Sequence record: PZ386951.1
Reading direction: 5' to 3' (one strand)
Source of the DNA: a phage
Length of the DNA: 64,000 nucleotides
Under the pieces are notes generated by a model, which worked only from the letters and a program-made list of their open reading frames with translations, did no database searches and was not told the DNA's origin. Positions 63,985 to 64,000 of the stretch are shown here, piece by piece. Every line of letters begins with the position of its first letter. Within the stretch, counting starts at the first letter, position 1. The position numbers and the translations under genes were made by a program.

Positions 63985-64000
63985 AAAGGATTTTAAATGT

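Overview
This window is a contiguous segment of a T4-type (T-even) myophage genome, AT-rich and tightly packed. Positions 1-48273 are an almost unbroken minus-strand block of early/middle genes: DNA polymerase gp43 (truncated at the window start), regA, clamp loader 62/44, clamp 45, rpbA, 46/47 nuclease, alpha-glucosyltransferase, late sigma factor 55, nrdH, nrdG/nrdD, endonuclease VII, pin, nrdC, a long run of accessory ORFs, rI, tk, regB, a GrcA-like glycyl-radical protein, denV, internal proteins, lysozyme e, nudE, nine tRNAs, 57B (Acb1), 57A, gene 1, and late genes 3, 2, 4. Positions 48321-63965 carry the plus-strand late baseplate cluster 53-5-5.1-5.4-6-7-8-9-10-11-12-wac. Protein identities come from reading the translations and recalling T4 proteins and motifs; no database search was run. 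The phage is a close T4 relative but apparently not T4 itself: nrdD is intron-less, a Seg-like endonuclease gene sits between 45 and rpbA, the tRNA cluster includes tRNA-Tyr and tRNA-Asn and an embedded HNH-like ORF, and there are extra internal-protein-like genes. I found no CRISPR array, integrase or complete multi-gene defence system. The best candidates for under-described biology are three capsid-targeting-sequence proteins, a nucleotidyltransferase/AAA ATPase/membrane-protein group, a tandem family of coiled-coil paralogs, and a macro-domain protein.
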